Below, piece by piece: positions 59,035-64,000 of a stretch of DNA of 64,000 nucleotides. The notes under the pieces are model-generated. The model had not been told where the DNA came from. It searched no databases and saw only the letters and a list, made by a program, of their open reading frames with translations. A program made the position numbers and the translations under genes. Source of the DNA: Octopus vulgaris (taxonomy: Eukaryota); contig OX597837.1 in NCBI GenBank assembly GCA_951406725.2, positions 8,556,001 to 8,620,000 of the forward strand, given 5' to 3'. Positions within the stretch are counted from its first letter, which is position 1; each line of letters opens with the position of its first letter.

Positions 59035-59193
59035 ATATATATATATATACTATATATATATATATATACATACAATATATATATATAATATATATATATA
59101 CATACATACATATAGATATATGTATGTATATATATATATATGTATGTATATATATATATATGTATGTATGTATATATACATATATATATATAT

Positions 59194-59257
<64 letters not shown>

Positions 59258-59587
59258 TGTGTGTGCATGTGTGTGCATATATTTCAAATATAGAATGAAA
59301 GTTTTAAGAAAGTGGGAGAGAGAGAGTGAGAGAAACACAGACAGAGAGACATCGATGAGTCTTCCCATTCTTAGTCACATGACCTTCATCATTTAAAGGC
59401 AATCTTAAAGAAAACAACTTCTATCCGCAGAGAAACATATTTTATATTTTCTCAGTTGATATCTCATTACCGTCTTGCAGAAAAATCAAGTCATGTGACT
59501 TAAAGAATCCTCTAACGGGTCATGAAGTTTATTACTGATCAAGTAACACTTACATTAATCCGATTATGTCGTCGCCATATTACTAAA

Positions 59588-60206
59588 CTAGCAGTATCGC
59601 CAAGCGTTGCTCGGGTTAGTTTCAACCTTTTAGAACTGGAACTTTTGAAAAGTAAAACTTTTGCATTATGTACCTTGTTATTCTCTTTAAGTGAATATTT
59701 TTCTCGTTGAAATAGACCGTAAAAAACGACACAGCAGTCAAAATGTCGTAAAATATAAGGATTTTCATAGAAGAAAAGCACCTTTTTGATGTAAATGATT
59801 TTTGGTGTTAACATGGTCCGATTTGAATTTTTTCTTCTACAGAATGAAGAGTAAACCTTCTATCATACTCTCAATTTTTATCAACTTGCGGCGCAGGGTT
59901 TCGGAAGAGATAGTGTTAGTTGAAGGCTACTAAACCTGCCACACACACACACAGACAACTTCAGCTTTATAAATAGTGAAAAATAGGGATTTTCATAGCA
60001 AAAAAGCACCTTTTTGATGTAAATAATTTTTAGTCTTAACATGGTCCGATTTGAATTTTTCCTTCTACGGAATGAAGAGCAAGCCTTCTTCTATCCTACT
60101 ATCAACTTTGGTCAACTTGTGCCGCAGGGTCTTGGAGGAGATAGTGTTAGTTGAAGACTACCAAACCTGCCATACACAGACAACTTCAGCTTTATATATA
60201 TAAAGA
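59588..60206 (-). mobile_element. Non-autonomous Helitron (Lep1-like) with internal tandem duplication
   Basis: Minus strand starts TC at 60206 and ends with hairpin CCGAGC-AAC-GCTTGG followed by CTAG|T at 59588; ~225-bp unit repeated (59757-59975 and 59985-60203). Confidence 0.7.
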
Positions 60207-61821
60207 CATTATATAGTTTTCTGGCCAAGACATTATAATTTAATAACTTGTTAACATTTATTGTACGATAGTGTAGAAGATTTGCCGGAATGCTAAATAT
60301 ATTGTAGAATATAGAATGCATTACGGTGAAATGTTATTGGATTGTCAACAATCAGTTCTTCTAATTGGAGACAGGATAGCAACGTCCATTGTTGGAAAGT
60401 CATTTCGCAGTTTCTGCTGTTTGTGACGTTGTTATTCCATTGTTGCTTGTCATACTGATGGTTGTATCATCTGCTGTTCATGTCATTATTATTCCATCGT
60501 TGTATGGTATTACTTGATGTTGCTGTCATATTTATATAACGTAATTGGCATGAGGTTGTGTTGGTGCTGAACTAAATTGGGAAGGTCTGTATGCGGTGGA
60601 ATGAGTTGCTAGAAATAATCGCAGACAACTAAATGCAACACGGGTGGTTAGGAAATTAATGGCGAACCTTTTATTAGTCTCATCAAATAATAGTTACGTA
60701 CAAGGGTTTTCAGTAATAATTGCAAGCTAAATTACTCCCAAAACGACCACGGATTTCATGCAAAACTCTCATATTAGAATAATTTGTGATTGTTGGGGGT
60801 GCTTGCCTCCCCTTTGCAAATATAAGGACACAGGAAGTGTGTCAAAGCCGACAGGAAGCATCGAAGATTCCTAGGGCTATATAGCGGTGGGGTAATTCCC
60901 TCTATGGGACTTTTACGTTCTGTTGGCTTTATACACCCATTCTATCGCTCCACAACCGCTCATGTCTCTCTGAGACATTTAGAAATTCAATATTTCTAAT
61001 TACGGTGACCAGTGAATAGATTTCACTGTAAATAGATATATTTGCGAAGGCTTGGCAAGTAACACCGCTAGCGGGGACACGCTACCCTGGACTGATGACG
61101 GGTAATACCCGGACGTTGCTATCCTGTCTCCAATTAGAAGAACTGATTGTTGACAATCCAATAACATTTCGCCGTATTCCATAATGCATTCTATATTCTA
61201 CAATATATTTAGCGTTCCGGCAAATCTTCTACACTATCATACAATAAATAATAACAAGTTATTAAATTATAATGTCTTGGCCAGAAAACAATATAATATC
61301 TATATATATATATATAAAGCTGAAGTTATCTGTGTATGGCAGGTTTGGTAGCCTTCAACTAACACTATCTCCTTCGAGACCCTGCGGCGCAAGTTAACCA
61401 AAATTGAGAGTATGATAGAAAAAGGCCTGCTCTTCCTTCCGTAGGGGGTGGTTGCCTCCCCTTTGCAAATATGAGGACACAGGAAATGTGTCAAAGCCGA
61501 GAAGAAGCGTCGATGCTTCCTAGGGCTATATAGCGGTGGTGTAATTCCCTGTACGGGACCGTCACGTTATGTTGACTTTATACAACCACTCTATTGCTCC
61601 ACCACCGCTCATGTCTCTCTGAGATATTTAGAAATTCAATATTTCTAATTGAGTAACGTGTAAATTAAAGGAAATTCCTTTCTCGCGTGAGACACAAGGA
61701 CAAGCATTCGTGGGGGAGCGGAGGGCCGATAATATCGACCCCAATACATTGTTAATACGCTAGTTAATTGTACCCCGACTAATAAATAAAGCGAAATTGA
61801 TTATGACGAAATTTTATAAAA

Positions 61822-62051
61822 TTGGCTGTGTGGTAAGTAGCTTGCTAACCAACCATATGGTTCCGGGTTCAGTCCCACTGCGTGGCATCTTGGGCAAGTG
61901 TCTTCTGCTATAGCCCCGGGACGACCAATGTCTTGTGAGTACATTTGGTAGACGGAAACTGAAAGAAGCCTGTTGTATATATGTATGTGTGTGTGTTTGT
62001 CTCCCTAGCATTGCTTGACAACCGATGCTGGTGTGTTTACGTCCCCGTCAC
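61822..62051 (+). mobile_element. OK/OR-type SINE, 3'-truncated
   Basis: tggctgtgtggtaagtagcttgc...gatgctggtgtgtttacgtccccg. Confidence 0.85.
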
Positions 62052-62274
62052 TTGTGCCTACAGTAAAAAAAAGTGTTGTTGACAGTACATGATCTGGATA
62101 GAGGTGGTTCTGTGATGACGTAGTTTGGGGCTTTTATGCTGGGGATGATGGCGATAGGAACCACAGCAGTGGTGGTGGTGGTGGTGCTGGTGGTGATAGT
62201 TGTATTAGTATTAGAAGTATATAATAAAAGTAAAAATATCAGAAACGAGAAGAGGAAGAGGACAAAGAAGACCA

Positions 62275-62435
62275 AGTAGTAGTAGTAGTGGTAGCAGCAG
62301 CAGCAGTAGTACTAGTAGCAACAGAAGTAGTAGTAACAGTAGTAGTAGTTGCAGCAGCAGCAGCAGTAGTAGTAGTAGTATTAGCAGTAGTAGCAGTAGT
62401 AGTAGCAACAGTATTATTATTATTATTATTATTAT

Positions 62436-62521
<86 letters not shown>

Positions 62522-62760
62522 AAAGGAAAATGAAGCAGAAAAGAATGGGATAAGGAGAAATAAATGAAGAAGGGAAAAGAAAGGGAAAGAAGAAGAAGAA
62601 GAAGAAGAAGAAGAAGAAGAAGAAGAAGAAGAAGAAGAAGAAGAAGAAGAAGAAGAAGAAGAAGAAGAAGAAGAAGAAGAAGAAGAAGAAGAAGAAGAAG
62701 AAGAAGAAGAAGAAGAAGAAGAAGAAGAAGAAGACGACGATGATGATGATGGTGATGGAG
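62275..62760. repeat. (TAG/CAG)n and long (GAA)n microsatellites
   Basis: Direct reading of sequence. Confidence 0.95.
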
Positions 62761-63539
62761 ATGCTGAAGGAAAAGAAGATATGAAGATTAATGGCGTCTA
62801 CTTTGAGTTTGAAACACAAATTTAAAAAAGTAAAATTAAATTGTAAGGAAGCTTATAAATATATCATAATTTTTCCTTAATAAAAATGGAACAACAAAAA
62901 GCAAAGAAACCCCATATAACATGAAGAATAAAACCTAAAACCGATTAAATTGCTGCAACAAATCAAATAATTTCAAGAGAAAAACGAGAGAAAGCTGTAA
63001 TCTAATCTAGAACGATGGGAATAAATTCTGGTGAGATTTAAAAAGAATGAGAATATATTTCCTAATATTTTACGTGAAATTTATAGGAATTGAAATACTC
63101 CGGGCAACGAGACAAACTTCTTTCAAAATTCCACAGTTTGGGAAGAGAGTCCGACTGAATAGGTTCCAGGTTTTAAAAGGGAGGCTGTAGAAAGATTTAT
63201 TTGTATAATTCTTTGGAGGGTTTTGAAACCGTTCAAGGAACTACCTTGAAGGGTTTAAAACAGTGGTTCACAAAGTAGACAGTATTTCCCCTCTGGGGGC
63301 TGTGGATATTTCCCCAAGATATCTGTTGAAGGCTGGAGGGTATATCAGCCGAAATGTTGTGCTAACAACAAACAAAATGAGGACAAATATCCGTCAAATG
63401 CAAATAATGTACATAATTCCTCGTCTCTCAAATATAGAACTGTATAGTCAGAAGGTAAACAGACAAAATACCGCCAAGCATTTTGGCTGGCACGATTCAG
63501 GTCAACGCTTTAGACCCACAATGAATATCGGTTTCAAGT

Positions 63540-64000
63540 TTTAGCACAAGGCCAGCAAATTCGAAGCAGGGATCAACTTGATTACATCGGCCACAGCGCT
63601 CGATAGGTACTTATTTCTTCGACCCCGAAAGTATGAAAGGTAAAAGTGCAATCAATGCAATTTGAACTCTGAACATAAAGACAGATAAAATGCCGCTAAG
63701 TATTTGGGTTTGGTGTGCTAAAGATTCTTTTCTTTTCTACTCTAGGCACAAGAACCTAAATGTTGGGGGAAGGGGCAGGTCGATAAGATCGACCCGAGGA
63801 CGCAACTAGTAATTAATTTATCGATCTCGAAAGGATAAAAGGTAAAGTCGACTTCGGCGAAATTTGTACTCAGAGCGAAACGAAACACGAAATACCTATT
63901 TCTTTACTAGTCACAAGGGGCTAAACACCAAGGACAAACAAACGAATTAAGTCGATATTATCGACCCCAGTGCGTAACTAGTACATAATTTATCGACCCC
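63540..64000 (-). mobile_element. Cluster or multimer of Meta-like SINE copies running off the window
   Basis: Repeated gaccccgaaag..tgaaaggtaaagtcgac...tttgaactc segments. Confidence 0.8.

Overview
This is AT-rich, microsatellite-saturated eukaryotic DNA, not prokaryotic. The SINE families and repeat content point to an octopus (coleoid cephalopod) genome; that assignment is by recognition, not a database search. Almost all supplied ORFs are translations of (TA)n, (CA)n, (TAA)n, (GAT)n or (GAA)n tracts. The only plausible host coding sequence is an exon at the window start (ends at 200, GAG|GTGCGT), possibly with a short terminal exon near 1579-1617. The rest is intronic or intergenic and dominated by mobile DNA: R4/Dong-type non-LTR retrotransposon fragments in (TAA)n arrays, CR1-group LINE 3' ends, mariner remnants, Helitron-like elements and several tRNA-derived SINE families. 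The best hidden signal is a dispersed set of type I hammerhead ribozyme motifs (CUGANGA-stem II-GAAA-short, often palindromic stem III-GUH). Six are clear and several more are degenerate; they come from different sequence families, several form fold-back inverted repeats next to microsatellites, and they fit Penelope-like element pseudo-LTR remnants. Other notable observations are a LINE/SINE shared 3' end with compensatory hairpin changes, a recurrent head-to-tail SINE junction at three loci, a (TAA)n array holding several retroelement 3' ends, a SINE-derived minisatellite and local duplications or inversions. All coordinates were counted by eye and may be off by a few bases.
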